A stretch of DNA of 64,000 nt from Nymphaea colorata. Its lineage: Eukaryota. A program made the position numbers and the translations under genes. The notes under the pieces are model-generated. The model was not told the DNA's origin. It did not search any database and saw only the letters and a program-made list of their open reading frames with translations. The DNA lies in contig NC_045138.2 of assembly GCF_008831285.2 (NCBI RefSeq), positions 12,214,001 through 12,278,000 on the forward strand, written 5' to 3'. Below are positions 62,479 through 64,000 of the stretch, piece by piece (positions within the stretch are counted from its first letter, which is position 1; each line of letters begins with the position of its first letter).

Positions 62479-64000
62479 ATTGGATCGAAAAAGTCAGAAC
62501 ATCTTCCTACTAAAACTTTCTGTAGTTTTCCATTAAAACAAAGTTTTTGCCAACTTCGTCATGCCATAACTTGTTCTTCGTATGTTGTCTTTATGTGGTT
62601 ACATCTAAGACCTTTTATTTGGTAAGAGTATTCGTTTATGATGTTATGTGAATCCAAGCACATTTGATAGGTCAAAACCCTTCCAAACTGGGCAGGCTAA
62701 TCATGTTCACTGACTTTTTTCTGAGCTATTTAGTTTTCTGCACTCAGTTCAGCATATCATAACTTGTTTCTCACACCATGTTTTTTAATATCCATAAAAT
62801 CGGTTTGATTCTCTGATATACAGGCAGCCTAACCACCAAATTCAGTCAAAGCTGAAATCATTTTTGGCAGGGTTTTCGGTATCCCAAATTTTGTCATTTA
62901 CCAACCTACTGTAGTCTGTCTTACAAAACTTCATGATTTCTGTCCAAGTTTTCTGGCTGCATATAGCATCGATCCAAAATATTTTTGTCAATCTAGCAGC
63001 TAGGCAAGTTTGTCGCATGTATAGAGCCTTCAAGCACAGTTTCAACCAAAACCACATCATTTACTATGCTTTTCACTCGTCTAAAGTTGGCAGTCGATCC
63101 ATACTTCATGTCTTCACTATTTTGCAGAAATCTACTTTCCAATTTCTCGATCAACAACCTATCTTTGTTTTATATGAAGTATGTGTTTCGTTCCAAGTGT
63201 GATCCACCTTCTTTTATGTACCTAGGATGCTATCGTTGAGTTTGGTTGCTCGTTAGAAGTGTCTCCTCTGGTGTTTCCATAACCTGCAAGTCGTTTATAC
63301 CTCATTTTCTTTCTCTTTTTCATCCCAGGTCATTTATTTGCATGGTATGCTTAGGATAGGCATTCCAATATGGGTGAGGAGTTTTTGTTATGTTTCATAT
63401 AGTTTCAAATCATTTGGTTGATCAGCTAGATGAAATCTCCATCTGTATTCTATTTCTAGTCTAACTCGTTTCAGAAGAGGTTTTTCTCAAATCATCTTCT
63501 TTACCCTCGTTAGTAATCTTTGTGCATCTTTAAAGGTTTAATAGTATTTGTCTAGGCTTTGTCCACTGTTATAGGGTAGTCCTTCATGTCTCACTTGCAA
63601 ATCACAATTGAGCATGTCGTGTTATGCTCTTTTGCTTAGTTTGACATCTTGTCAAGTTAGATTACTAGGATCATTTATTCCTGCATCCACGTAGATCTTT
63701 AGGACTTCATTCAGGGAAACAAATTACAAAAGTCAAGGAGACTTCTTAGCAATGTTCTCATGTTGCTAATCAACCCCGAATTATGTACATTGTCCCATCC
63801 ATGGAGAATTATAATTCCATTATGTTATGTCCTACCGTAGTTTGCATTACATATGGTTTGTTTCTGCATTATACTAGTGCATAATGGTTTCTCATGTATG
63901 GCATAACCCGTGACTCGGATTGATAGATGACCGGGTCATCGGGTCGAGTTTTAAAATAATCATAAACTAAAACACTACAGCTGGATTGGGCGAGTCAGGG

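Overview
Plant nuclear DNA, AT-rich with (TA)n microsatellites, and more than half transposon-derived. It holds one recognisable host gene: a large minus-strand TIR-NB-ARC-LRR (TNL) immune receptor with five exons (37447-36819, 35837-34718, 24044-23760, 23673-20971, 20012-19776). The exons join in frame at GT-AG sites to about 1657 aa. The protein has an N-terminal hydrophobic anchor, intact TIR and NB-ARC motifs, a 901-codon LRR exon built from two repeat modules, and a last exon that appears to carry a 1-bp frameshift. Intron 2 is 10.7 kb and contains a degenerate L1-type LINE split by a full-length Copia. Four Copia elements in the window have paired LTRs and 5-bp TSDs (11241-16702, 26127-31651, 46510-51616, 56908-62478). 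There are also a truncated Copia with a nested solo LTR and a perfect 304-bp duplication, two decayed Gypsy elements, and LINE/MITE remnants. All TE ORFs are broken. I found no RNA genes, CRISPR arrays or prokaryote-type systems, and nothing here is demonstrably a new biological system. The most interesting object is the unusual TNL itself. A TNL argues against a grass host; the species cannot be fixed from the sequence.
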